DNA of 64,000 nucleotides from Comamonadaceae bacterium. Its GTDB lineage: Bacteria > Pseudomonadota > Gammaproteobacteria > Burkholderiales > Burkholderiaceae_C. The position numbers and the translations under genes were made by a program. The stretch is from NCBI GenBank assembly GCA_013297925.1, contig JAAFJC010000009.1, positions 997 to 64,996 on the forward strand. The letters are read 5' to 3'. Every line of letters begins with the position of its first letter. Position 1 is the first letter of the stretch. The notes beneath the pieces were generated by a model. The model was given only the letters and a program-made list of their open reading frames with translations. It was not told the DNA's origin and did not search any database. This document shows positions 37,438-47,179 of this stretch, piece after piece.

Positions 37438-40400
37438 ATGAACGTTTCCGCTTGGTGCATACGCAATCCGATTGCCGCCATCATGTTTTTTGTAATGCTG
37501 TGCTTTGCCGGCACGCTGGGCTATCAAAACATGAAGGTACAAAACTTTCCTGATTTGGATGTGCCCAACATCATCATCAGCGCCAGCCTGCCCGGCGCCT
37601 CGCCCGCTCAGCTTGAAACCGAGGTGGCGCGAAAGATTGAAAATTCGATTGCTGCTTTGGCGGGCTTGAAGAATATTTACACCAAGGTACAAGACGGTGT
37701 GGTGACGATCACCGCCGAATTCCGCATCGAAAAATCTACGCAAGAAGCACTGGATGAAACGCGCTCAGCCGTAAGCCAAGTGCGAGCGGATTTGCCAGCC
37801 GATCTGCGTGATCCGATTGTGAGCAAGGTCAACATCTCAGGTGGCCCCGTTCTCGCCTACACGATTCGCATTCCTTCTATGGATGATGAGGCCTTGAGCT
37901 GGTTTGTCGACGACACGCTCACACGCCGTTTGCTTGCCGTTCCCGGCGTGGGCTCGGTCAGCCGCGTTGGTGGCGTGAACCGCGAGGTGCGTATTGCTTT
38001 AGACAGCGGCAAGATGCAATCGCTGGGTGTGAGCGCAGCTGCTGTTTCGCGCCAGTTGCGCGATGTACAAATGGAAACCGCCGGTGGGCGCACGAATCTC
38101 GGCAGCAGCGAGCAGCCTGTGCGCACGCTGGCTACGGTGAAATCTGCTGCAGAAATTGCAGCGATTGAGTTGTCGATCGGTATGAATGGTCAAAAAATTC
38201 GTTTGGATCAAATCGCTACGGTGCAAGACACGATTGCCGAGCCGCGCTCCACCGCTTTGCTAAACGGTGTTCAAGTCGTGGGCTTTGAAATTGCGCGTAG
38301 CAAAGGCGCGAGTGAGGTGGATGCAGGCCGCGGTGTGCGCAAGGTCCTGGAAGAGCTCAAACTGGCCCGCCCTGATATGCAGCTCACAGAAGCTTTTGAC
38401 TTTGTAACCCCCGTGGAAGAGGAATACAGAGCCTCACTGACCTTGCTGGCTGAAGGAGCAATTTTGGCTGTGATTGTGGTGTTGCTTTTCTTGCGCGATT
38501 GGCGTGCCACATTTGTCTCGGCTGTTGCTCTGCCGCTGTCTGTGATTCCTGCGTTCATCGGCATGAATTATTTAGGCTTTTCAATCAACGTGGTGACGCT
38601 CTTAGCGCTCTCGCTGGTGATTGGCATTTTGGTGGACGATGCGATTGTGGAGGTGGAGAATATCGTACGCCATTTGCGCATGGGCAAAACGCCCCTGCAA
38701 GCTGCGATGGAAGCGGCCGATGAGATTGGCGTGGCGGTGATTGCGATCACATTTACGTTGATTGCGGTGTTCTTGCCGACGGCTTTCATGAGTGGCATCG
38801 TCGGCAAATTCTTCAAGCAATTTGGCTGGACAGCTGCTCTCGCAGTGTTTGCCTCTCTGGTGGTGGCACGCATGCTCACGCCTATGATGGCCGCGTATTT
38901 GCTCAAGCCGGTTCCTGGGGGCTATGTGCACAAAGATGGCAAACTCATGACTTGGTATATGAATGTAAGCCGATGGTGCTTGAAACATCGCCTGATCACG
39001 GTGATTGCTGCGATTGCATTCTTCATTGGCTCACTGACTTTGATTCCTTTGCTGCCCACAGGCTTCATTCCGCCAGATGACAACTCGCAAACACAGGTGA
39101 ATATCGAATTGCCGCCAGGCACCAAGCTTGCCGAAACAAAAGTGGCTGCAGAAGCTGCACGCTTGCTCATCAGCAAAGTGGAGCATGTGAAATCGGTGTA
39201 CACCACGATTGGCGGTGGTGCAGCAGGCACTGACCCCTTTGCACCTGGTGGTGGAGCAGAAGCCCGCAAAGCCACACTCACGATTTTGCTCACCGAGCGC
39301 GGAACACGCCCGCGTAAGCAGGGCATTGAAAACAACATCCGTAAAGCACTGGAAGAATTGCCTGGCGTGCGCAGCAAGGTTGGCCTGGGCGGCTCAGGTG
39401 AGAAATACATCTTGGCTTTGCAGGGCGATGATCCGCTCGCGCTAGCTGCTGCCGCTGCTGCGGTAGAGAAGGATTTGCGCACGATTCCTGGCTTGGGTTC
39501 GGTAGCCTCCAGCGCTTCTTTGGTACGGCCAGAATTGACCGTGCGCCCCGACTTCGCGCGCATGGCCGATCTAGGCGTGACCAGCGCTGCGATTGGTGAG
39601 ACCCTGCGAATCGCTACGGTGGGTGATTACGATGCATCGCTGCCCAAACTCAACTTGGCGCAAAGGCAGATTCCGATCGTCGTGCGCCTTTCAGACGACG
39701 CTCGCGATGACATCGGTGCTTTGGAGCGCCTCATGGTGCCCGGCGCACGCGGCCCTGTTATGCTGAGCCAAGTAGCGACGATTGAGCTCTCCGGTGGCCC
39801 TGCGGTGATTGACCGCTTCAACCGCGCGCGCAATGTGCAATTTGAAGTGGAGCTCTCTGGTTTGCCCCTAGGCGATGTCACAGCGGCTGTTGATAAGCTC
39901 CCCGCGATTCAAAACCTGCCCGCAGGTGTGAAGCAAGTGGTGATTGGTGATGCTGAGGTAATGGGCGAGCTCTTTGCCAGCTTCGGTTTGGCCATGCTCA
40001 CTGCCGTGCTGTGTATCTACATCGTGCTCGTGCTGCTCTTCAAAGATTTCTTGCACCCGATGACGATTCTGGTGGCATTACCGCTTTCTCTTGGTGGCGC
40101 GTTTGTGGCTTTGCTGGTTGCTGACAAAAGCTTCTCGATGCCATCGCTGATTGGCTTAATCATGCTGATGGGTGTCGCGACGAAGAATTCGATTCTCTTG
40201 GTGGAATACGCGATTGAAGCGCGACGCGGCAAACTCGCCACTGAAACTCAGCCTGCTGAGCCACCGATGAGCCGCACTGACGCGCTGCTCGATGCCTGCC
40301 ACAAGCGTGTGCGCCCCATCGTCATGACGACGATTGCGATGGGCGCGGGCATGACACCGATTGCGATGAGCTGGGGTGCGGCAGACGGCAGCTTCCGCTC

Positions 40401-40551
40401 GCCAATGGGCGTGGCCGTGATCGGCGGCTTGATCACCAGCACCTTTCTCTCGTTGTTGGTGATCCCCGCCGTTTTCACCTTTGTGGATGATTTCAAAGAA
40501 GGTATGGCTGGCGGCTGGTGGCGCAAGCTGCGCGGCCGCAAAGTGAGTTAG
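37438..40551 (+). CDS. RND efflux permease (AcrB/MdtB-like)
   Basis: A 1037-aa protein with 12-TM AcrB architecture. Confidence 0.92.
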   Translation: MNVSAWCIRNPIAAIMFFVMLCFAGTLGYQNMKVQNFPDLDVPNIIISASLPGASPAQLETEVARKIENSIAALAGLKNIYTKVQDGVVTITAEFRIEKSTQEALDETRSAVSQVRADLPADLRDPIVSKVNISGGPVLAYTIRIPSMDDEALSWFVDDTLTRRLLAVPGVGSVSRVGGVNREVRIALDSGKMQSLGVSAAAVSRQLRDVQMETAGGRTNLGSSEQPVRTLATVKSAAEIAAIELSIGMNGQKIRLDQIATVQDTIAEPRSTALLNGVQVVGFEIARSKGASEVDAGRGVRKVLEELKLARPDMQLTEAFDFVTPVEEEYRASLTLLAEGAILAVIVVLLFLRDWRATFVSAVALPLSVIPAFIGMNYLGFSINVVTLLALSLVIGILVDDAIVEVENIVRHLRMGKTPLQAAMEAADEIGVAVIAITFTLIAVFLPTAFMSGIVGKFFKQFGWTAALAVFASLVVARMLTPMMAAYLLKPVPGGYVHKDGKLMTWYMNVSRWCLKHRLITVIAAIAFFIGSLTLIPLLPTGFIPPDDNSQTQVNIELPPGTKLAETKVAAEAARLLISKVEHVKSVYTTIGGGAAGTDPFAPGGGAEARKATLTILLTERGTRPRKQGIENNIRKALEELPGVRSKVGLGGSGEKYILALQGDDPLALAAAAAAVEKDLRTIPGLGSVASSASLVRPELTVRPDFARMADLGVTSAAIGETLRIATVGDYDASLPKLNLAQRQIPIVVRLSDDARDDIGALERLMVPGARGPVMLSQVATIELSGGPAVIDRFNRARNVQFEVELSGLPLGDVTAAVDKLPAIQNLPAGVKQVVIGDAEVMGELFASFGLAMLTAVLCIYIVLVLLFKDFLHPMTILVALPLSLGGAFVALLVADKSFSMPSLIGLIMLMGVATKNSILLVEYAIEARRGKLATETQPAEPPMSRTDALLDACHKRVRPIVMTTIAMGAGMTPIAMSWGAADGSFRSPMGVAVIGGLITSTFLSLLVIPAVFTFVDDFKEGMAGGWWRKLRGRKVS

Positions 40552-40558
40552 TTGAAAA

Positions 40559-40584
40559 GGCCGCCTCGCAGGCGGCCTTTTTTT
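40559..40584. terminator. Rho-independent terminator, bidirectional
   Basis: GGCCGCC-tcgca-GGCGGCC followed by T7 and preceded by A4. It lies between the convergent RND and ferritin-like genes. Confidence 0.8.
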
Positions 40585-40593
40585 GATCAGTGC

Positions 40594-41484
40594 TTAGGCT
40601 AGTTTTGCAGTGCCTGTGTTGGGTGCAGTGAGCACAATGCCATCTGCTTTGGCGGCCAAGCTCTGCGACAGCTCTTTGCGGTAGCGATTGAGCTCAGAGG
40701 CCGTGGCGAAGCTGCGCTCCATCAGCAGGCTCATGTTGTGCAAAATGCGTTCGACGACCTTCGTTTCCCACACTGCATCAAAATTGATTTGCTTATCCAG
40801 CCAATGCTCAAGCCACTCAGGATTGGGTAATCGGCTCTGAATGGTGTCGCGTGGAAACAGGTTTTTATTCACATGCAAATTCGTGGGATGCAAAGCTTGG
40901 GCGGTGCGCCGAGCGCTTGCCATGAGCACGCCAACTTTCGTAAACGCTGATTTGGCCTCATCACCGAATTTTCCAATCGCACGTTTCATGTAGCGCAGAT
41001 ACGCGCCGCCGTGGCGGGCCTCGTCTTGGCTGAGCGTGGTGTAGATGTGCTTGATCACGGGCTCGGTATGCCATTCGCTGGCCCGGCGATACCAATGATT
41101 GAGACGAATCTCGCCGCAGAAATGCAGCATGAGTGTTTCAAGCGCAGGGGCGGGCTCAAATTCAAAACGGATATCGTGCAGCTCTTGTTCGGTAGGCACG
41201 AGATCTGGGCGGAAGCGCTTCAAATATTCCATCAGCACCAACGAATGCTTTTGCTCTTCAAAAAACCAGATCGACATGAAAGCCGAGAAATCAGAATCAT
41301 CACGGTTGTCACGCAGGAACATCTCTGTGGCAGGAAGAGCCGCCCATTCGGTGATCGCGTTCATCTTGATCGTCTGTGCTTGCTCGTCAGACAATTGCTT
41401 GGGATCGAAGCTCGCCCAAGGAATATCTTTGTCCATATCCCAACGGACAGATTCAAGCTGTTTGAACAATTCAGGATAAAGCAT
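40594..41484 (-). CDS. Di-iron ferritin-like protein (acyl-ACP-desaturase-like fold)
   Basis: Two ExxH motifs: FFEEQKHSL and SQDEARHGGAY. Confidence 0.65.
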   Translation of the reverse strand: MLYPELFKQLESVRWDMDKDIPWASFDPKQLSDEQAQTIKMNAITEWAALPATEMFLRDNRDDSDFSAFMSIWFFEEQKHSLVLMEYLKRFRPDLVPTEQELHDIRFEFEPAPALETLMLHFCGEIRLNHWYRRASEWHTEPVIKHIYTTLSQDEARHGGAYLRYMKRAIGKFGDEAKSAFTKVGVLMASARRTAQALHPTNLHVNKNLFPRDTIQSRLPNPEWLEHWLDKQINFDAVWETKVVERILHNMSLLMERSFATASELNRYRKELSQSLAAKADGIVLTAPNTGTAKLA

Positions 41485-41585
41485 CGCAGCACCTTGTTAT
41501 CAATTCGCGGATTTTAGCCGCCGTATATGACATTTTGAAGCACGCATAGGATGACCCTATAGCACGCTTGGTGCGCCACCGAGGC

Positions 41586-42515
41586 TTAATGTTGGCTGCG
41601 CCAGCGTGCAACTTGTGCGGAGATATCCTGCAAAGTTGCCACTGCAGTGACGCCTTCAATGCCTTTGCGGTGGATGATGGGGCAGCTACCGCCGGCCCAG
41701 ATTTCAATGTCCAAGCCGAGCTTGCTGCGCAACTCTTCCAAGCCGTTGACGACGTAATTCGGGTTTTGGCTGGCAGTGAAACTCAAAGCAACAATATCTG
41801 CTTTGTGCGCCGTCGCAGCTAGCACGATATCCCAAATGGGAGTTTGCGTCCCAAGAGATACGCAGCGGCAGGCCTCTTGCGAGAGCATGGCTTCAGCCAT
41901 GAGCAGGCCTAATCCATGCGGTTCTTGCGGGAAGGTGGTGAGCAGCACGCGTGGGCTGGCCAGCTGAGCGGATTGAGGAGCAGCTGCAATCGCGTTTCTA
42001 AGCACAATGTTCACGCTCTCGGTGTACATATGCTCTTCAAACACTTCAATTTGCCCACGCATCCAAGCATCGCCAACTGTAGTGTTGAGTGGTGCAATCA
42101 CATCGCAAACAAAGCTACCCGTGCCCATGCGCATCAAAGATTGCCCAAGCAAACGGCGCAGGCCATCTACATCGTGCGCTTTGATCAGCGCCACATATTC
42201 GCGCAAATCTGTTTTGTCGGTGGGTGCGATGCGCTGAGGCGCAGCCGATAAGCTCTCGCCAATACTTTGCAGCTCTTCAATGCTCATCGCCACAATGCGA
42301 CCAGGGCGGTGGCCATTATCAAGCAAGCGCTTGATCACACGCAATTTTTCTACTTGATCCAGTGAATAAGCACGCTCGCCGTAGGTATCGCGCAGTGGCA
42401 TGGGGAACCCATAGCGCCGCTCCCAGACGCGCAAAGTGTCTTTAGATAATCCAGTATCTCGCTCTACAGCGGCGATGGATACGGTTATGGGGCGAACTGC
42501 GGCCCGGTCATTCAC
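41586..42515 (-). CDS. MerR-family regulator with a C-terminal cobalamin-binding domain (LitR/CarH-like)
   Basis: HTH sequence IAAVERDTGLSKDTLRVWERRYGFP, and a B12-binding-like region PQEPHGLGLLMAEAML ... IVALSF. A GTG start at 42515 with upstream GGAG is preferred over the TTG at 42539. Confidence 0.8.
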   Translation of the reverse strand: MNDRAAVRPITVSIAAVERDTGLSKDTLRVWERRYGFPMPLRDTYGERAYSLDQVEKLRVIKRLLDNGHRPGRIVAMSIEELQSIGESLSAAPQRIAPTDKTDLREYVALIKAHDVDGLRRLLGQSLMRMGTGSFVCDVIAPLNTTVGDAWMRGQIEVFEEHMYTESVNIVLRNAIAAAPQSAQLASPRVLLTTFPQEPHGLGLLMAEAMLSQEACRCVSLGTQTPIWDIVLAATAHKADIVALSFTASQNPNYVVNGLEELRSKLGLDIEIWAGGSCPIIHRKGIEGVTAVATLQDISAQVARWRSQH

Positions 42516-43272
42516 GGTACTTCTTACTCCAAAAAACAACCCCTAGCGGGACAGCGCTAAGGTACTACCTGTTCATGGTCGTGACTCTATATGCACGTCA
42601 CTTTATTTGTCCTAAACAAGAGTATCAGGTATTTTGACTGCTTTGCCTAGCTAAAGCATGATTTCAACCTTGAATCAATCCGGTCATTTCTGCAAAATGA
42701 CCACATGCTTTGCAGCGCACCAAGTTGACGACCGCAAAACCAGGGTAAACACTTATATTATAAAGCACCCATGTCCTAGACAAAAATGATTTTGTGGAAC
42801 ATGATCAAGGCTTGAATCGTAGAGCAGTTTCTTTGGTTGCTGTAAAAGAATTTTTATTCTTACCCAGAGAGCCGCTACCGCCGTGTAGTCACCATCGGCC
42901 ATTCACTCCGTAGTAAAAACTTTCGATCAAACAGACAAAGTCCTTTCTTTTTGGTCAGGATTTTGTCTTTGTAGTTGAAAATTTATACTGATCAGTCACA
43001 ATATAGTTATACGAGTTTCGGAGATGTTGAGTGTTCTACCCCGCCCCCAATGTTGTCAGTTGCCAGATGTGGCAATTTGCGCACCAGCACGGGCGTGTGA
43101 GGGCTCAGCCTCTTCTTCCTTTTTTGCTGCGAGGTCTTCCGAGAGCTTTTGGCTCGGTTGAAATCCTGGGGCGCTTCTCCTCCTCCTCCCTCCCTCCCTA
43201 CTTCGTCTCAGGGCGCCTCGCAGCAATTTTCTACACTGGCAGTCATCGCCCCCAAAATCAGGGCTCGGCGCG

Positions 43273-44571
43273 ATGACTGCCCCCCGCAAAATCGCCATCA
43301 TCGGCTCTGGCATCACAGGCTTGGGTGCGGCGCATGCCTTGCAAGGCCACGCGGCCGTCACGCTGTATGAGGCAGGCGGGTATTTCGGTGGTCATGCCAA
43401 CACAGTAGACATCACCCTGCCCACGCCGCACGGTGTGCGCACTCATGGTATCGACACCGGTTTTCTCGTTTACAACGAGCGCACCTATCCCAACCTGATC
43501 GCACTGCTTGCACAGTTGGGCGTCAAAACAAGCGCTTCAGACATGAGCTTTTCTGTGCAAGCGCATGATGGATCGCGCTTGTTGGAATGGGCCGGCGCGA
43601 ATCTCAACACGGTTTTTGCCCAGCGAAGCAACCTGTTGCGCCCGAGCTTTCTCAAGATGCTTCTGGAAGTGTTGCGCCTCAATAAGCTGTGCACGAAGAT
43701 TGCGGAGGCTGGAACAGAAGTGCAATTGGCGCAGCCTTTGTCTGATTTTTTGGCCGAGCATCGGTTTGGCCAAGAAGTGCGTGATTGGTATTTGCTGCCT
43801 ATGCTGGGCTGCATCTGGAGCTGCCCAACCGAGCAGATGCTGCAATTTCCCGTCTCCACCATGATCCGCTTTTGCCACAACCATGGTTTGATGCAGGTGA
43901 GCAATCGCCCCAAGTGGTGGACAGTAACGGGCGGTTCGCGCAACTATGTGAAGGCCATCACTGACCAAATTGCTGATAAACGGCTCAATACTGCCGTGCA
44001 ACTCGTGGAGCGCGATGCAGATGGCGTGCGCGTGATCACACCAGGGCAATCTGAGCGCTTTGACCGCGTGATCTTTACCACGCATGCGCCGCATGCCCTT
44101 GCGATGCTGCGCGATGCGAGCGCGCAAGAGAAAGAAATTTTGGGTGTGTTCAGGACGCAACCCAACAAAGCTGTTCTGCACACCGATGCCAGCGTCTTGC
44201 CGAAATCCAAGCTGGCGTGGAGCGCCTGGAATTATGTGCGCGGCGATGATGCTCAAGAAGGTAGCAGCGTTTGCTTGCACTACTTGATCAATAAGTTGCA
44301 ACCGATTCCGTTTGAGCAACCCGTGGTCGTGAGCTTGAATCCAACGCAGAAAATAGCGCGTAGCTCTGTGATGGGTGAATTTGAATACGCGCATCCCGTG
44401 ATGGATTTGGCCGCAACGAAAGCGCAAGCACGTTTGCACGAAATCAATGGAGTAAACCATGCTTGGTTTTGCGGTGCATGGACGCGCTATGGCTTCCATG
44501 AGGATGGCCTGATGTCTGGCTTGGCAGCGGCGCGCGCCGTGCTCAAACAGATTCACGGAGCATCAGCATGA
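43273..44571 (+). CDS. NAD(P)/FAD-dependent (amine-oxidase-like) oxidoreductase
   Basis: Contains KIAIIGSGITGLGAAHAL. Length is 432 aa. Confidence 0.8.
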   Translation: MTAPRKIAIIGSGITGLGAAHALQGHAAVTLYEAGGYFGGHANTVDITLPTPHGVRTHGIDTGFLVYNERTYPNLIALLAQLGVKTSASDMSFSVQAHDGSRLLEWAGANLNTVFAQRSNLLRPSFLKMLLEVLRLNKLCTKIAEAGTEVQLAQPLSDFLAEHRFGQEVRDWYLLPMLGCIWSCPTEQMLQFPVSTMIRFCHNHGLMQVSNRPKWWTVTGGSRNYVKAITDQIADKRLNTAVQLVERDADGVRVITPGQSERFDRVIFTTHAPHALAMLRDASAQEKEILGVFRTQPNKAVLHTDASVLPKSKLAWSAWNYVRGDDAQEGSSVCLHYLINKLQPIPFEQPVVVSLNPTQKIARSSVMGEFEYAHPVMDLAATKAQARLHEINGVNHAWFCGAWTRYGFHEDGLMSGLAAARAVLKQIHGASA

Positions 44572-45326
44572 GCAAGCCATCGATTGCCATGATGGGCTTT
44601 GGCTCGGTACGCCACACACGCCTGCGCCCAGCGCGCAATGCGTTTGCCTACTCAACATATTTCCTCATGCTGCCGATGCGCAGCATCAATCTGCACGGCG
44701 CGGGCGGGCTCGCCCGAAATCGCGCAGCCGCGATCAGTTTCCATGACAAAGACCATGGCGATGGTCGTGCAGACTCATTGCAATGGGTTGACGATTTGCT
44801 CAAAGCTGAAGGCATTGACGATGCCACCGGCGAAGCTTGGCTGCACTGCTATCCCCGCGTGCTCGGCTACACCTTCAAACCTGTGAGCTTTTGGTATTGC
44901 CATCGGCCAGATGGCAGCTTGCGCGCCGTGGTGGTGGAAGTGAACAACACCTTTGGCGAGCGCCATGTGTATTTGCTCGATCATGCGAAGTATGGCCATG
45001 AGATGACGGCCAGTAAAGTCTTCCACGTCTCGCCGTTCTGCAATGTCGAAGGCCAATATCGCTTCCGTTTCATGACGACGCCCGACCAAGATAGAACCGT
45101 CGCGCGCATTGACTATGACGATGCACAAGGCGCATTGATCAACACCTCTGTGAGCGGTAATTTAGAGCCACTGACTGCGCAAACGGTGCGCAAAGCTATT
45201 TTTACCTACGGCGCGATGACGCTTGGCGTGATCGCGCGTATTCACTGGCAGGCCATAAAGCTGTTTATCAAGCGCGTGCCTTTTTTCTCCAAGCCCACAC
45301 CACCTGCAGTTTTGGTGACCCGTTAA
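44568..45326 (+). CDS. DUF1365-family protein
   Basis: Contains VSFWYCHRPDG and VVEVNNTFGERHVY. It sits in the usual position between the oxidoreductase and the CFA-synthase-like gene. Confidence 0.7.
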   Translation: MSKPSIAMMGFGSVRHTRLRPARNAFAYSTYFLMLPMRSINLHGAGGLARNRAAAISFHDKDHGDGRADSLQWVDDLLKAEGIDDATGEAWLHCYPRVLGYTFKPVSFWYCHRPDGSLRAVVVEVNNTFGERHVYLLDHAKYGHEMTASKVFHVSPFCNVEGQYRFRFMTTPDQDRTVARIDYDDAQGALINTSVSGNLEPLTAQTVRKAIFTYGAMTLGVIARIHWQAIKLFIKRVPFFSKPTPPAVLVTR

Positions 45327-45350
45327 AACAATTAACTAGACATCCTGATC

Positions 45351-46580
45351 ATGCACACCACAGCCACCAACCCTACTTTCGAGATTCCGAACAACGCGCC
45401 AGCTTCGGCACGCACTTGCTTGAAACTTTTGCAGCAGCTCAAGCATGGCTCGCTCACCGTGCAATTGCCTGATGGCAGCATGCAGCATTTTGGGCAGCCT
45501 AGCAGTGAAGCGGCGATTCATGGCAACCTGAATCTGCACAACTGGAATGTTTGCGCTGCCGCGCTCAAATCGGGCGATATCGGCTTTGCTGAAAGCTATA
45601 TCGCCGGCGAATGGAGCACGCCGAATTTGGCCAATGTGCTGCGCGTGTTTGTGGCCAATCGCCGCGAGGTGGAAGACATTATTTACGGCACTTGGCTCGG
45701 CCGTTTGGCTTATCGCATCAAGCATTTGCTCAATCGCAACACCAAAGCCAATTCGCAGAAAAACATCCATGCACACTACGATTTAGGCAATGCGTTTTAT
45801 GAGCTTTGGCTCGATGAAAGCATGAGCTATTCGAGCGCTTGGTTTGAAGGTGATCAGAGCAAACCCATGCTAGAAGCGCAGCATGCCAAGGTGCGTCGCG
45901 CACTGCAAATGGCCAATGTGCAGCCCTATGATCGGGTCTTGGAGATCGGCTGCGGCTGGGGTGGCTTAGCTGAGATGGGCGCTCGCGAATTTGATGCCAA
46001 CATCACCGGTGTAACGCTTTCCACGGAACAACTCGATTTCGCTAGAAAGCGCATGGATCGCATTGGCAAAGCTGCACATGCTGATCTTCGCCTGCAAGAC
46101 TATCGCGATATTCAAGACCAGCCTTTCGATGCCATCTGCTCGATTGAAATGGTGGAAGCAGTAGGGCGTGAATATTGGGCAGAGTATTTCTCTACCGTGT
46201 CGCGCTTGCTCAAAAGCGGCGGGCATGCTTGCATCCAAGCCATCACGATTGATGATGCGCTCTTTGACCGCTACGTGAAATCCACCGATTTCATCCAACA
46301 ATACATCTTCCCCGGTGGCTGCTTGCCCAGCCCCAGCGAATTTCGCAAGGCAGCGCAAGCCGCAGGCTTACAAGTCGTGGATCAATTTGCTTTCGGCAAA
46401 GACTATGCTGAGACTTGCCGCCGTTGGCGCGCAGACTTCTTGCACAAACGCGCCGAAATTTTGCCGCTGGGCTTCGATGAAAAATTCATGCGTACATGGG
46501 AGTTCTATCTCGCCTATTGCGAAGCCGCGTTTGAAGAACAAAACATCGATGTGATGCAGTTCACCTTGCTCAAACCGTGA
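45351..46580 (+). CDS. Cyclopropane-fatty-acyl-phospholipid synthase-family SAM methyltransferase
   Basis: Contains HYDLGNAFYELWLD and VLEIGCGWGGLA. Confidence 0.85.
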   Translation: MHTTATNPTFEIPNNAPASARTCLKLLQQLKHGSLTVQLPDGSMQHFGQPSSEAAIHGNLNLHNWNVCAAALKSGDIGFAESYIAGEWSTPNLANVLRVFVANRREVEDIIYGTWLGRLAYRIKHLLNRNTKANSQKNIHAHYDLGNAFYELWLDESMSYSSAWFEGDQSKPMLEAQHAKVRRALQMANVQPYDRVLEIGCGWGGLAEMGAREFDANITGVTLSTEQLDFARKRMDRIGKAAHADLRLQDYRDIQDQPFDAICSIEMVEAVGREYWAEYFSTVSRLLKSGGHACIQAITIDDALFDRYVKSTDFIQQYIFPGGCLPSPSEFRKAAQAAGLQVVDQFAFGKDYAETCRRWRADFLHKRAEILPLGFDEKFMRTWEFYLAYCEAAFEEQNIDVMQFTLLKP

Positions 46581-46591
46581 GGATCAACTCT

Positions 46592-47179
46592 ATGCCTGCA
46601 TTTTTTCCCTTCATGAGAAACGCTATATTGTTAATAGCATTGTTTGCAGGTTTGATCCCAGCTAACAGCCGATTTTCCTATGCAAGCAGTCCTACAACGC
46701 CGCCTTCCGTCTCACAAGGCTTGAGCAATGCCAAAGCGCTTGGGCAGGCGCGACTTGTGGTGTATGGCTTCAATATCTATGACGCGAAGCTTTGGGTCGA
46801 GGATGGCTTTTCTGCCGCAAACTACAACACTGAGCCATTCGCCTTGGAGCTGCGCTACTTGCGCAATTTCAGTGGCACCATGATCGCTGAACGCTCTCTC
46901 AAGGAAATGAGACGCATCGGAAATGTGAGCGATGAGAAAGCTGCTCAGTGGCTGGAGATGATGAAGAAAACCTTTCCTGATGTGAAGAAAGGCGATCAAC
47001 TCATCGGTATGCATAAGCCCGATGGTACGGCGAGCTTTACATTGAATGGCAAGCCTATTGGTGAGATGCGTGATGAAGAATTCACACGGCTTTTCTTTGG
47101 TATTTGGCTCAGCCCCAAGACGAGTGAGCCCAAAATGCGCAATGAACTCATCGGCGCCGCAACTGGAGCCAAGAAGTGA
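46592..47179 (+). CDS. Chalcone-isomerase-like secreted protein
   Basis: Signal peptide, and LELRYLRNFSGTMIAERSLKEM. The family call rests on recollection of this conserved cluster. Confidence 0.55.
   Translation: MPAFFPFMRNAILLIALFAGLIPANSRFSYASSPTTPPSVSQGLSNAKALGQARLVVYGFNIYDAKLWVEDGFSAANYNTEPFALELRYLRNFSGTMIAERSLKEMRRIGNVSDEKAAQWLEMMKKTFPDVKKGDQLIGMHKPDGTASFTLNGKPIGEMRDEEFTRLFFGIWLSPKTSEPKMRNELIGAATGAKK
46622..46662 (-). repeat. Possible degenerate family I copy (K) encoding the signal-peptide core
   Basis: gctatattgttaatagcattgtttgcaggtttgatcccagc. It is read in the same frame as copy H (AILLIALFAGLIPA versus TIVLIALGAVSLPA). Confidence 0.3.
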
